64,000 nucleotides of DNA from an uncultured Dehalococcoidia bacterium (GTDB taxonomy: Bacteria; Chloroflexota; Dehalococcoidia; Lucifugimonadales; UBA826). Shown one piece after another: positions 29,494 through 39,261 of this stretch. Positions within the stretch are counted from its first letter, which is position 1. The number at the start of each line of letters is the position of its first letter. The position numbers and the translations under genes were made by a program. The stretch covers positions 56,064 to 120,063 of the forward strand of contig CAYPDR010000018.1 in assembly GCA_964409595.1 (NCBI GenBank), read 5' to 3'. The notes under the pieces were generated by a model. The model searched no databases, was not told the origin of the DNA, and saw nothing but the letters and a program-made list of their open reading frames with translations.

Positions 29494-30330
29494 TTACTTC
29501 GTAGCTATTAAGAGCGGAGCCGTCGCTTCTGAATTGGATGAACCAGAGGCCATTATTGTGTAGACACCGTCCTCGAGGTCCACCTTCGCCTCTATTACAA
29601 ATGCTCCGTCAGCATTGGCCTGTCCGCCGGCTAATATCTTGCCGCCGGCCAATATACTAACCATCTCCTCGCTTTCAAATCCTGCTCCATATATCGTGGT
29701 GGTGCCGCCAGACTCCGCGGGCGAGGCAGCTAGACTAGACGAGGGCGATGCACTCGGACTCGAGTTAGCCACCACTAAGACTGGAACGCTGGCCTTGCTC
29801 CCTTCGGAGCCCTGAGCGTATATCGTGGACATGCCACCCGCTCGAGCGACTATAGCCGAGTTAGTACTCACATTATCGAAAGCGACCTCAAATGCTCCTG
29901 CACTATTCGCAGTAACTTGAGCCCCGCTACCTCCACCAATAATTGGTGTAAGAGTAGCATCTATCTTCAGCTGCAATATGACCGATTCGTCAGGTTCAAA
30001 TCCTCCGCCACGTATAGTGACCGGATCAGACATAGTAATCGCGTCGCTGCTAACTTCAAGGCTAGCCTTTGCTGCAGGCCCAGGTGCGGGTGCTCCCGCT
30101 GGTCCTTCCGGCCCCTGTGCGCCAGGTGCACCGGGAGCACCGGGATTACCAGGATTGCCTGGAAGTCCAGGTTCACCTTGTGGTCCTGCGGCACCGGGAG
30201 CACCGGGATTACCAGGATTGCCTGGAAGTCCAGGTTTACCCGGATCACCCTGACAGGCTACCAACGCAAATATTAATGCTGAGAAAACCAGGGTAGTTAT
30301 CATACCCCGCCTACTGAAAAGCTTTCTCAT
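29494..30330 (-). CDS. Collagen-like triple-helix-repeat lipoprotein with two tandem Ig-like C-terminal domains
   Basis: Signal peptide with lipobox LVAC, immediately followed by 18 uninterrupted Gly-X-Y triplets ([19 protein letters not shown]...). Two domains of about 90 aa then share the pattern G(G/A)GFE..E.V......AN..GAF. Confidence 0.8.
   Translation of the reverse strand: MRKLFSRRGMITTLVFSALIFALVACQGDPGKPGLPGNPGNPGAPGAAGPQGEPGLPGNPGNPGAPGAPGAQGPEGPAGAPAPGPAAKASLEVSSDAITMSDPVTIRGGGFEPDESVILQLKIDATLTPIIGGGSGAQVTANSAGAFEVAFDNVSTNSAIVARAGGMSTIYAQGSEGSKASVPVLVVANSSPSASPSSSLAASPAESGGTTTIYGAGFESEEMVSILAGGKILAGGQANADGAFVIEAKVDLEDGVYTIMASGSSNSEATAPLLIATK
30128..30236. repeat. 63-bp tandem duplication inside the collagen-like region
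   Basis: The 46-nt identical block gcaccgggagcaccgggattaccaggattgcctggaagtccaggtt occurs at 30128-30173 and 30191-30236. Confidence 0.85.
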
Positions 30331-30697
30331 TTGACCCCCTCTTCTGTAATGGAGAATCCAGATTTAGTTTTTTTCTATCCAAAAAGCACAGCGGCTACAC
30401 AGCGCAAATCTACTGTTGCAACCAACGGTGCATCTCAGGGCTCATGATATTAATCCCAAGAAGGGAATGTCAAGGCTTTTGAGCACCCACTTTAGCTACT
30501 TAACTAGTCTTCCAATCTATGCACTACATAGCTAGAGGGTCTAGAGAGACACAACGCAACCAAAAGTGTAGAGGAACTAGGCAGAATAATCAACAGGAAT
30601 TGATCGTCCCTCTTCCATAGGAGTATTTAGTTAGAGAATGGACCCCGAAGAACTTCGAAGGAACATCTAAGATTAGGAGCCAACAGAACTGTCAGCA

Positions 30698-31944
30698 TTG
30701 AGTGCCCATCGATCATCTTGGATTCTTCTAGCAATATTCGCCGGCCTCAGTGTTCCTTCATTTACCCTAGCATTAGGAAACATACATCTTGATCCGCTGC
30801 TAGCGGCTTTCATATTTGGGCTAGGCATAGTTGGAGGAGCTTTTCTTATATCCCCTCGGAGGGGGCAGAAGCAGCTCAAGTAGACATGTCAATCTCATTT
30901 GCTATCGCAATGCTTACCTTGATCGCGATACTCCCAGAATATGCCGTCGAAGCAGTTTTGGCGTGTGGTGCAGGCCAATCATACCTGGAAGCGTCCGCGG
31001 CGGGACATGTGTTCGGTGCAGGTAACGCGATTACAGATGAAATGGAGCGGGTGGCAGCGAACATAACAGGAGCTAACAGATTACATATTGGTCTTGGGTG
31101 GTCTGCTGTAATAATAATATTTTGGCTTAAGAGACGCTCTAACCTGAATATTAAAGACACGATGGAATTAGAGATAATAATGCTAATAATAGCAACTCTA
31201 GTCACATTTTTAATATTTTTTATGCAACAGGTTCATGTTGTGGTGGCGGTCGCTCTAATTGCACTCTACCTCGTATATCTGTGGATAAGCTCTACTAAGG
31301 AACCAGAAGAACCTGAACTTATGGGTCCTTCCCTAGCTATTGGTGAACAATCCAAACTAGTAAGGCGTCTGCTGGTCATTTCACTTTTTATTTATTCTGC
31401 GATCGTAATTATTGTTGCCGCACACCCATTCGTCAAAGCAGTTGTCGAAAGCGGTCTAGAGCTCGGAATAGACGAATTTATCCTGATTCAATGGATAGCA
31501 CCTCTAGCGTCTGAATCACCTGAAATAATCATAGCGGTATTATTTAGCCCGAGGGCTGACGCAATTGCAGGCCTCACGACACTGATATCCGCCGAGGTTA
31601 ATAAATTAACCTTACTTATGGGTGGCCTGGTAGGTGTATTTAGCATTTCTGCTGGGGACTTGTTAAATTTCCCACTAAATCATATGCAGTCTGTTGAATT
31701 TCTGTTAACCGCAGCCGTATCAGTTTTGGGAGTCATCTTTGTTATGAGCCGAGTTATTAATTGGCAAGCAAGCCTGACACTCCTAGCACTTTTTATGGCG
31801 CATTTACCCTTCACGGACTCATCAGAGACTTTATTTCTCTTACATATATCTCGCCCTCGCCGCAGGGTATGGAATTTTCTATTTATACCAGTGGTGATCC
31901 GGAAAACTTTCTACCTAGAACTACTGGCCTACCGCTCAGACTAA
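30698..31944 (+). pseudogene. CaCA-superfamily (Na+/Ca2+ exchanger-like) membrane protein, frameshifted
   Basis: ORF 30698-30883 (..GLGIVGGAFLISP) and ORF 30886-31944 (in-frame upstream ..EGAEAAQVDMSISFAIAMLTLIAILPEYAVEAV, then LASESPEIIIA) form one gene split by a 1-nt frame change near CCCC/GGGGG at 30852-30865. A second shift is likely near 31825-31840. Confidence 0.55.
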
Positions 31945-31989
31945 ATAATTTTATGACATAGTCAGTCGAAGTATGTATCCTACTCCTAC

Positions 31990-32064
31990 GCCCCTGTAGC
32001 TCAGCGGATAGAGCACTGGCCTCCGGAGCCAGGTGCGCGGGTTCGAGTCCCGCCGGGGGTACCA
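31990..32064 (+). tRNA. tRNA-Arg (anticodon CCG), CCA encoded
   Basis: The cloverleaf was folded by hand: acceptor GCCCCTG/CGGGGGT, D arm GCTC-AGCGGATA-GAGC, anticodon arm CTGGC-CTCCGGA-GCCAG, T arm GCGGG-TTCGAGT-CCCGC, then ACCA. Confidence 0.9.
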
Positions 32065-32103
32065 GTTCTTCTTCAATAATCAACCTGGAGGCCAAGTTTT
32101 TTC

Positions 32104-32979
32104 CTACTCGGCCCATTTATGCACCTGTTGAAGTAAGTTAGGCATCCCTAAGTCATTACAAAGTGCAGGGAATAGCTCTCTGTCGGCCCCCAACCATTCC
32201 AGTTCATTGACACTCTGTGGAATACATAAATCCAACCTCAATGTCGCCAACATCTTATACAGATCTGCCTCTTCTCTATGACATTCAAGACTACTACTCA
32301 GACCTGTGGCTCCTCTAACATTTACATCCCAGAGCCGGTAGTCTCTGGGAATGCATTCGATGGAATCATAGCGAGCTAAAATAATAGAACTAGACTTGGC
32401 GCCCCACTTTGGAATCCCCGGAATGCCGTCTGACGAATCACCCATGAGTCCCAGATAATCTGGGATAGAGGAAGGCCCTACGCCGAACTTGTCTATAACT
32501 CCATCTTCATCAAGTACTAATCTTTTTCTTCTATCCAAGCAAACTATCTCAGCACCTCTTACCACTTGGGACAAATCCTTGTCCGGAGAACATATGACAA
32601 CCTGAGTCACTCTAGAGTCCTTGGAGTAATGAATCGCTGCAGACCCTAGCAAATCATCTGCTTCGAATTCGGTCACTGGCCAGCACGTTATACCAAGAGA
32701 TCCAATTGCTCTTTCTGCAAGGGCAAATTGAACTGCAAGCTCTGGAGGCGTTTCTGAGCCGTCTTTATATTCAGGGAAGATATTGTTCCGGAAGGATTTG
32801 ACCTCACTGTCGAAAGCTACCCCGACATGAGAGACTTCTCCATGTTTCAACAAGGAAAGAACTGATTGGATCAAACCTCGGACTGCCGCCACCGGCATTC
32901 CATCAGGTGCTGTTCTAGGTGGTTGACTGAAATGGGATCTGAAGAGCTCGTATGTACCGTCTAGCAAATGTATTTTCAA
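32104..32979 (-). CDS. 5'-3' exonuclease (FEN / Pol I N-terminal domain-like)
   Basis: Contains LLDGTYELFR...AFD...FRN..FPEYK and the H3TH region GDSSDGIPGIPKWGAKSS. Confidence 0.85.
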   Translation of the reverse strand: MKIHLLDGTYELFRSHFSQPPRTAPDGMPVAAVRGLIQSVLSLLKHGEVSHVGVAFDSEVKSFRNNIFPEYKDGSETPPELAVQFALAERAIGSLGITCWPVTEFEADDLLGSAAIHYSKDSRVTQVVICSPDKDLSQVVRGAEIVCLDRRKRLVLDEDGVIDKFGVGPSSIPDYLGLMGDSSDGIPGIPKWGAKSSSIILARYDSIECIPRDYRLWDVNVRGATGLSSSLECHREEADLYKMLATLRLDLCIPQSVNELEWLGADRELFPALCNDLGMPNLLQQVHKWAE

Positions 32980-33020
32980 TGCTTCTTATTCCTCAACTGC
33001 GAACAAAGAAAGGCACCCAC

Positions 33021-34037
33021 CTAGAACCAGTTATCCTTATCTACTACATTTATCAACCTATCTCCTCTAGCAAATCTTTTACAGTTCTCTACAAGCAGTT
33101 CCGTTCTCCTATTTGCGAGATATGGCCCTTCCCCGGCTACGTGAGGAGTAATCATCACACCCGGTGCACCCCATAAAGGATCGTCCGAAGGAAGGGGTTC
33201 CGTTTGGAATACATCCAGCGCCGCTCCCGCAAGATGCCCACTCACTAGTGCCCGGTTAAGATCCTTTAGTACCACTGTAGCTCCGCGCCCTATATTTATA
33301 AAAAAAGATCGGTTTTTCATACGTGAGAAAAAGTTGGCGTTAAAATACCCTTGAGTAGCTGGAGTTTCAGGAACAGTTGAAACAACAAAATCTGCCCTAG
33401 GGATAAGAGCGTCAATGCCATCTGGCGAATACAATTCGTCTACCCCATCTGGCTTGCTTTTCACTCGAGGGTCTGTTGCAACAACTGTCAAGCCAAAGGC
33501 CTTGCATAACCTTGCTGTTTCCCCACCTATACCTCCCACACCTACGATCAGTATCGTTGAATCAGGTAAATGTACCACTGGATAAACCGGTCTACGCCAT
33601 TCTTTACCGATCTGATGGGGCAAATAGTTGTTGAGGCCCCTTGCAAAAGCAAGTACGAACGCCAAGATATGAGAACTAATATGATCGTTAAAAATATCTC
33701 GAGCGTTGGTAACCACAACATCGCTCTTAATAAGCGCCTCGTGGTACCACCCATGAGGAGGACCAGCTAGGGGACAAGCGAGCCATTTAAGATTCCTAGC
33801 ATACCCAAAAATCTCGGTGTCAATGTTTCCAAAGGCTGCATCGGCGTCCGCAATTTCCTTTATCGCTTCACCAAAAGATGTAGCAACTCTAACGTCTATA
33901 CCTGTAATTTCTTTTCTCAGAACTTCCGGCCATTTACATATATTTTCTTCAGGATGCCCAGGGGATTTCGGCCAGTCAGGCGCATATAGAAGCAGTTTAA
34001 AGGTCATAACGGGAAATACCTCTAATGGATCGTTCAA
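33021..34037 (-). CDS. D-isomer-specific 2-hydroxyacid dehydrogenase family protein
   Basis: Contains the Rossmann motif VGVGGIGGETARL, then INIGRG and the catalytic MITPHVAG. Confidence 0.85.
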   Translation of the reverse strand: MNDPLEVFPVMTFKLLLYAPDWPKSPGHPEENICKWPEVLRKEITGIDVRVATSFGEAIKEIADADAAFGNIDTEIFGYARNLKWLACPLAGPPHGWYHEALIKSDVVVTNARDIFNDHISSHILAFVLAFARGLNNYLPHQIGKEWRRPVYPVVHLPDSTILIVGVGGIGGETARLCKAFGLTVVATDPRVKSKPDGVDELYSPDGIDALIPRADFVVSTVPETPATQGYFNANFFSRMKNRSFFINIGRGATVVLKDLNRALVSGHLAGAALDVFQTEPLPSDDPLWGAPGVMITPHVAGEGPYLANRRTELLVENCKRFARGDRLINVVDKDNWF

Positions 34038-34112
34038 AAAGCAAAATCGGAACAGTCACAGCGTAAAGGAACCATGTTAGCATGCAATTTTTTATTGAAT
34101 ATGACATCCATA

Positions 34113-35060
34113 CTAACGGGTCCTCGGATTAAGAACATCGTTGAGGGCATCCCCAAGTAGATTCCAACAAAGAACTAACGACCACGCGACCAAACCTGGA
34201 GCCAATAACATCCAGGGCACCACTCGAAGAGCGCTTAAACTCCCTGCCTCATAGAGCATCGTTCCTAAACTAGGTCTGGGGGGTTGGATTCCCAGTCCTA
34301 GCCAGCTGAGGATTATCTCAGTACCCACCAATGCTCCCATACCCATTGAAACAGTCACCACAATCGGTCCGATCGCATTTGGTAGAAGGTGAACAAATAA
34401 GATTCTCCCGATCGACGCTCCAGTAGCACGAGCTGCCTCCACATACTGCGTTTCTTTCAGTGAAAGCACTTGCCCTCTCACAAGGCGAGCCATTCCTATC
34501 CAGCTAAAAGAGACTAGGGCAAGAGACACCACTAGGTAGTCAGCTATACCAGTTTTAACGATACCGTCAAGAAAAGTATTATCTTCAACCCACCTGACCC
34601 ATTCCAGGATTCTCATCCGTAGAGTCGCCGCCAAAAGTATCACCAAAAGAATGTCCGGAAACGATGAAAACACTTCCCCTACTCTCATAATTATGGAGTC
34701 GACACGGCCACCAAAATATCCGGAAAGGAGCCCCATTGAAACACCGATCACCAATCCGCCAGTTGCCATGGTCACGAAGGTTATAACAACCGTATTTTGT
34801 ATTCCCCAAAGAACCCTCGAAAAAACATCTCTCCCTTTTAGGTCTGTACCAGCCCAATGCTTGAAGCTTGGACTCTCCCTGATAGCAGTGTAGTCTTGAT
34901 AATTGTATTCATACGGAGAAATCCAAGGCGCTGCCAAACCAGACACGTATATCATCGTCAATATGCTTATGCAAACTACTGCCAGCTTTTTTCGCCACAG
35001 CCTTAAAAAGGCACGATGCAAGTGTCCTCGGTCGTAAGGCGTTAGATCTTGGCCCGTCAA
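34113..35060 (-). CDS. ABC transporter permease (DppC/OppC-type)
   Basis: BPD_transp_1 domain with the EAA-loop region YVEAARATGAS and an N-terminal OppC-like helix. Confidence 0.9.
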   Translation of the reverse strand: MTGQDLTPYDRGHLHRAFLRLWRKKLAVVCISILTMIYVSGLAAPWISPYEYNYQDYTAIRESPSFKHWAGTDLKGRDVFSRVLWGIQNTVVITFVTMATGGLVIGVSMGLLSGYFGGRVDSIIMRVGEVFSSFPDILLVILLAATLRMRILEWVRWVEDNTFLDGIVKTGIADYLVVSLALVSFSWIGMARLVRGQVLSLKETQYVEAARATGASIGRILFVHLLPNAIGPIVVTVSMGMGALVGTEIILSWLGLGIQPPRPSLGTMLYEAGSLSALRVVPWMLLAPGLVAWSLVLCWNLLGDALNDVLNPRTR

Positions 35061-35061
35061 A

Positions 35062-35991
35062 TCAAGTAAGCCTTATACGTGGGTCTATAAAACTGTAAGT
35101 GATGTCAGCGAGAAGATTCGCTAAAACAAATGCTGTGGAGAGTATCAAGGTAAACGCCATGATTACTGGGTAGTCCCGGCTGAAAATTGACTTGATCGCG
35201 AAATCTCCTACCCCGGGAATCCCAAGTAACCGTTCAGTTATGAAACCTGTCGTCAGCATACCGGCAAGCGAAAACGAGAGAACTGTTACTATGGGAATTA
35301 GCGCGTTTCTCAAAATATGCCGGTAGTCTACACTTAGAGGGTGTATACCTTTAGAGTGAGCAGTCCTCACAAAATCTTGCCCCATTACATCCAACGTGCT
35401 AGCCCTCATGAGCCTTGCGAGCCCGGCCACCCCCGGAACTCCCATAGTGATAGCTGGCACTATTATCCTGGCGTCAAGGATACCCCCCCATCCAGAACAA
35501 GGTACCCAATGGAGTTTCAAACATAGACCCCAGAGTACTAGAGGTATACTCACCATGATCGGCACGGACATCAAAAGAAGACTGAGAGTTATTGTGGCAG
35601 GATCCAACCAAGTCCCCTGCTTGTGAGCTATCCAAAATCCTAGAGGTAGGCCAACGGAGAGACTAACCACCATCGCCGCAGCATTTACTTGAAATGACAC
35701 CCACATTTTTGAAACTAATAGAGAACTTACTGACCTCCCACGAAATACAAGGCTCTCACCAAAGTCTCCCTGGACAGCATTCCACATGTATTCCGTGTAT
35801 TGCACCATGATCGGTCGGTCAAGACCTAACGCCTCTCTAAGACGAGCTGCAACAACCGGGTCGTATTTAGCCCCCATCATAACTTGGACAGGGTCTCCAG
35901 GACCGTAGGTACCAAGCGTAAAAGTAATCGATGAGACCGCTATGAGCAGAAATGGCAGCCACAATATACGTCTAAGGACATATTTAGCCAT
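35062..35991 (-). CDS. ABC transporter permease (DppB/OppB-type)
   Basis: MAKYVLRRILWLP... and DFVRTAHSKG are typical of DppB. 309 aa. Confidence 0.9.
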   Translation of the reverse strand: MAKYVLRRILWLPFLLIAVSSITFTLGTYGPGDPVQVMMGAKYDPVVAARLREALGLDRPIMVQYTEYMWNAVQGDFGESLVFRGRSVSSLLVSKMWVSFQVNAAAMVVSLSVGLPLGFWIAHKQGTWLDPATITLSLLLMSVPIMVSIPLVLWGLCLKLHWVPCSGWGGILDARIIVPAITMGVPGVAGLARLMRASTLDVMGQDFVRTAHSKGIHPLSVDYRHILRNALIPIVTVLSFSLAGMLTTGFITERLLGIPGVGDFAIKSIFSRDYPVIMAFTLILSTAFVLANLLADITYSFIDPRIRLT

Positions 35992-36059
35992 CTAGCAACC
36001 TGCCTGACCCGTCCAACAATAAGGCCCAAGAGGATAGAAAATGATGCACGGTGGTATAG

Positions 36060-37868
36060 TCATTCCTCTATGTAAACATGTCTCATCTTGGGGACTATCA
36101 TGGGGGTAATCTCGTACCCTTTCACATATGGTTTTATCAACACATGTCTTTCTCCAGCAAACCACAATGGAAGCCATGGTGCATCGCTTACAATCATATT
36201 CTCTGCTTTTTTATATAAATTCATCCGCCTGACAACATCCGTTTCAATCCTTGCTTCTTCCAATAACCCATCAACTGCACTGTTTGAATAAGCACCGTTA
36301 TTGTTATCGCTTCTCGTATGAAAAAGTATGTCCAAAAAGTCTTGTGGGTCTGGGTAATCAGCCTCCCACCCTAAACCCCCAAATGCTTGGAACCTCTGCC
36401 TATCTAAGTCTGCTAAATACGTGGCCCATTCCACCTGTTGTATTTCTACTTCCACTGCCAAATTCTGTTCCCACATATTTATTATTACTTCAAGATCAAG
36501 GTTAGGGGTACCACCGGTACCAGGTATCGTTATAACGATACGTGGTCTAGTTGTAGGATCAGCATACTTTGACTCTGACAAGAGTTTCTTCGCTAGCACC
36601 ACATCATGCCTCAGCCCCTCAATATCTTCAGAATGTCCTGGGAATCCAGGAGGAAGAATTCCGTAGGCGGGAACCACCAAACCAGCAAGAACTTCTTCCG
36701 CGATCAGTTCTTTATCAACAGCGTGGTTTAATGCCTGTCGGAATTTTGGATCATCAAATGGAGGTTCCTTTGTGTTAAAACCAATGTATGAAATAGAAAA
36801 GCTGGGATTAGCAACCACAAGATCGGAATTAAGGGGGTCCTGTGGATCCTTAATCCTCTCCAAATCAAAAAGGCTGATGCCCGTCAGGTCGATTTCATCG
36901 TTTTCATACATAGCCATGGAGGAACCACCAGCTAGGTTCATCTGTATTTTGTCCAACTTCGCAGGTCCCAAGTGGTATTGGTCATGGCGCTCTAAGATCA
37001 ATCTCTCTCCTATCTTGTAATCCACCATTTTGAATGGGCCTGTTCCATTCGGTGAATCTGTCCAGCTTCTTCCTCCTGACTCCACATTTTCCCTATCGAC
37101 TACAAAAGCAGTAGGATAGGTTAACTTCTGAAGAAAATAGGCCTTAGGCTCGTCAATAATTATCTGGATGGTTTTGCTATCGATAGCTTTGACACCGCTT
37201 ATAGAAGTAGCATTGCCTTCTAGAACATCATTCACCCCGACTATATCGCCTAGGTACGTCTCGGCAACGGGGGAGGCAGTATCTGGGTTAACTGCTCTAT
37301 CCAAAGACCACTTAAAATCTTGAGCCGTTACCTGTTTCCCATTGTGAAACACAGCACCATCTCTTATCTTGAAAGTGTATGTGAGAGCATCAGGTGATAT
37401 ATCCCAACTTTCGGCCAGGTCAGGAATCAAATTAAGCGACGTGTCGAAAGACACAAGACCTCCAAATATCTCCACAACAACACCCGCAGATGTGGTATCA
37501 GAAGTAAGATGAGGGTCAAGGGTCGGCGGGTCAGACCAAAGTCTATTAAAAACACCTCCCGACAAACCTAGATCTTCAGGAACTGCAGTAGAAGAGGCTT
37601 TAGGAACAGGAGTTGATACGTCAGCCAAGGTCACGGGCCCAGGTTTTGTGTCTCGTTTTGTGTCTCTAGCTTGTTGAGAGCCCGATGACACATCCATCGA
37701 TGACTTAGGAGTGGGCGTTTCTCTTCTCTCAATATCCAGGGCCGCTGGCTCATCCACAGTTATTGGCTCGCCGCCACCACAAGACACCAAAAAAGAGCCA
37801 AATAAGAGCGCCGCAATGACCAGCAAAACAAAGGAAGGATACATTCTCTCATTTATTAAATTCATCAT
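36060..37868 (-). CDS. ABC transporter substrate-binding lipoprotein, family 5 (peptide/nickel type)
   Basis: Lipobox LVSCGG, a low-complexity linker of about 85 aa, then an SBP_bac_5 body (DPH...SWD.SPD..TYTFKIR). Confidence 0.9.
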   Translation of the reverse strand: MMNLINERMYPSFVLLVIAALLFGSFLVSCGGGEPITVDEPAALDIERRETPTPKSSMDVSSGSQQARDTKRDTKPGPVTLADVSTPVPKASSTAVPEDLGLSGGVFNRLWSDPPTLDPHLTSDTTSAGVVVEIFGGLVSFDTSLNLIPDLAESWDISPDALTYTFKIRDGAVFHNGKQVTAQDFKWSLDRAVNPDTASPVAETYLGDIVGVNDVLEGNATSISGVKAIDSKTIQIIIDEPKAYFLQKLTYPTAFVVDRENVESGGRSWTDSPNGTGPFKMVDYKIGERLILERHDQYHLGPAKLDKIQMNLAGGSSMAMYENDEIDLTGISLFDLERIKDPQDPLNSDLVVANPSFSISYIGFNTKEPPFDDPKFRQALNHAVDKELIAEEVLAGLVVPAYGILPPGFPGHSEDIEGLRHDVVLAKKLLSESKYADPTTRPRIVITIPGTGGTPNLDLEVIINMWEQNLAVEVEIQQVEWATYLADLDRQRFQAFGGLGWEADYPDPQDFLDILFHTRSDNNNGAYSNSAVDGLLEEARIETDVVRRMNLYKKAENMIVSDAPWLPLWFAGERHVLIKPYVKGYEITPMIVPKMRHVYIEE

Positions 37869-37911
37869 TTATTCTCTATAAAGCTCATTAACTAATACTT
37901 TTTGATCGTGA

Positions 37912-39016
37912 CTACCGATTATCACCCACTAAGGAAGTCAAATAGGCGGTGATGAACTCATCTATTCCACCATCAAGAACAGCGCCCGTCCTAGAGGTTT
38001 CTACACCGGTACGGTGATCTTTGACCATCTGATAGGGATGAAGTACATAGCTTCGAATCTGATTACCCCATTCTGCCGAGACATATTCACCTTTGAGTTC
38101 AGACATTTCGTCTTCTTTTCTTTTTCTTTCGAGCTCGACAAGTCTGGACGTCAAAATTCTCATAGCTATCTCCCGGTTCTGGTGTTGAGATCGTTCATTT
38201 TGGCAAGAAACTACGATGTTTGTTGGGAGATGCGTTATTCTCACAGCGGTCGAATTCTTTTGGACATTCTGTCCTCCATGTCCTCCGGCTCTAAACACAT
38301 CCACTCGCAAGTCATCTTGATTTACTTCCACGTCGATTCCTTCCTCTACCTTAGGAAGAACTTCTGCCAATGCAAAGGATGTGTGCCTGGCATGATCGTT
38401 ATCAAAAGGTGAAATGCGAACCAGGCGATGAACTCCCTTCTCCGCCTTGAGAAAACCATACGCAAAATCACCTGTCACTTGTAATACAGCACTTTTGATT
38501 CCTGCCTCCTCGCCATACGAAGTGTCCAAAATTTCACTCTTAAACCCTTTTCTTTCAGCCCACCTAACGTACATGCGCATGAGCTTAGAGGCCCAGTCCT
38601 GGGAGTCAATCCCACCCGCCCCTGCGTGTAGCGCTAATATCGCGTCCCTTTGATCATATTCGCCCGATAGAGTTAGCTGGAACTCCATCCCGGATAAATC
38701 GTTTGCAATTTCGCCAGCCTCATCTGCAATCCCGGAGATAATGTCTTCATCTCCGTCAATTAGCGCTAGTTCAAACAGTTCAAGAGCGGACTCTGCTTTA
38801 TCTCTAATAGACTTCCAACTTTCAACCTGTGTACTGAGTAGTGCGAGCTCCTTCATTGTTTGCTGTGCAGATAATGGAGAATTCCAAAAACCTTCCGAAG
38901 AGGCCGTTTTTTCCAATTGTTCTATATCCTTTTCCTTGGTAGGTAGGTCAAAGCCGCACCATTATTTGTGAAATTCTTTCTACCATTTCTACCAGAGAGC
39001 CCTTTAAATCCTGCAT
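37912..39016 (-). CDS. prfB: Peptide chain release factor 2 with programmed +1 frameshift
   Basis: ATG 39016 opens a 22-codon frame ending in CTT TGA C (38953-38947). The +1 frame continues DLPTKEKDIEQLEKTASSEGFW... and includes the SPF and GGQ (GGHGGQNV) motifs. Confidence 0.9.
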
Positions 39017-39261
39017 AATTTTCTCTCTACTTCATATATGTAACGCAATTGAGTTGAATTCAGTTCGAAATAGTGTTCCAAGAAAGTATATCAAGCATTC
39101 ATTTATCTACGAACCTAAATCAGGAAAGTAGTTATCGATCCAGATCAATTAAAATTGATTTGTAGAATTCTATAAAGGATCCACCATCACACATGATCGG
39201 ATATTAACATCATACTTAAGTGAAGATTCGAGTCTTTCCAAGAAATGAGGAGCACCACTCA

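Noticed and set aside
29917-30296. Several overlapping Gly/Pro/Arg-rich ORFs on both strands within the collagen-like region
   Set aside because: Gly-X-Y coding DNA is open in multiple frames by construction. Only the minus-strand frame has a signal peptide, a lipobox, a Shine-Dalgarno and folded C-terminal domains.
31944-32110. Possible genomic-island junction at tRNA-Arg
   Set aside because: There is no integrase, no direct repeat of the tRNA 3' end and no compositional break visible on either side. The adjacent pseudogene is better explained by local decay.
31883-32116. 77-aa minus-strand ORF
   Set aside because: It overlaps the tRNA-Arg(CCG) gene on the opposite strand, and its sequence is simply the tRNA complement plus spacer.
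39066-39079. Second SOS-box-like sequence CGAAATAGTGTTCC between prfB and the D-aminoacylase gene
   Set aside because: One arm of the core is broken (GAAA instead of GAAC) and the flanking R/Y positions do not fit. No promoter-like context overlaps it, so it is probably chance.
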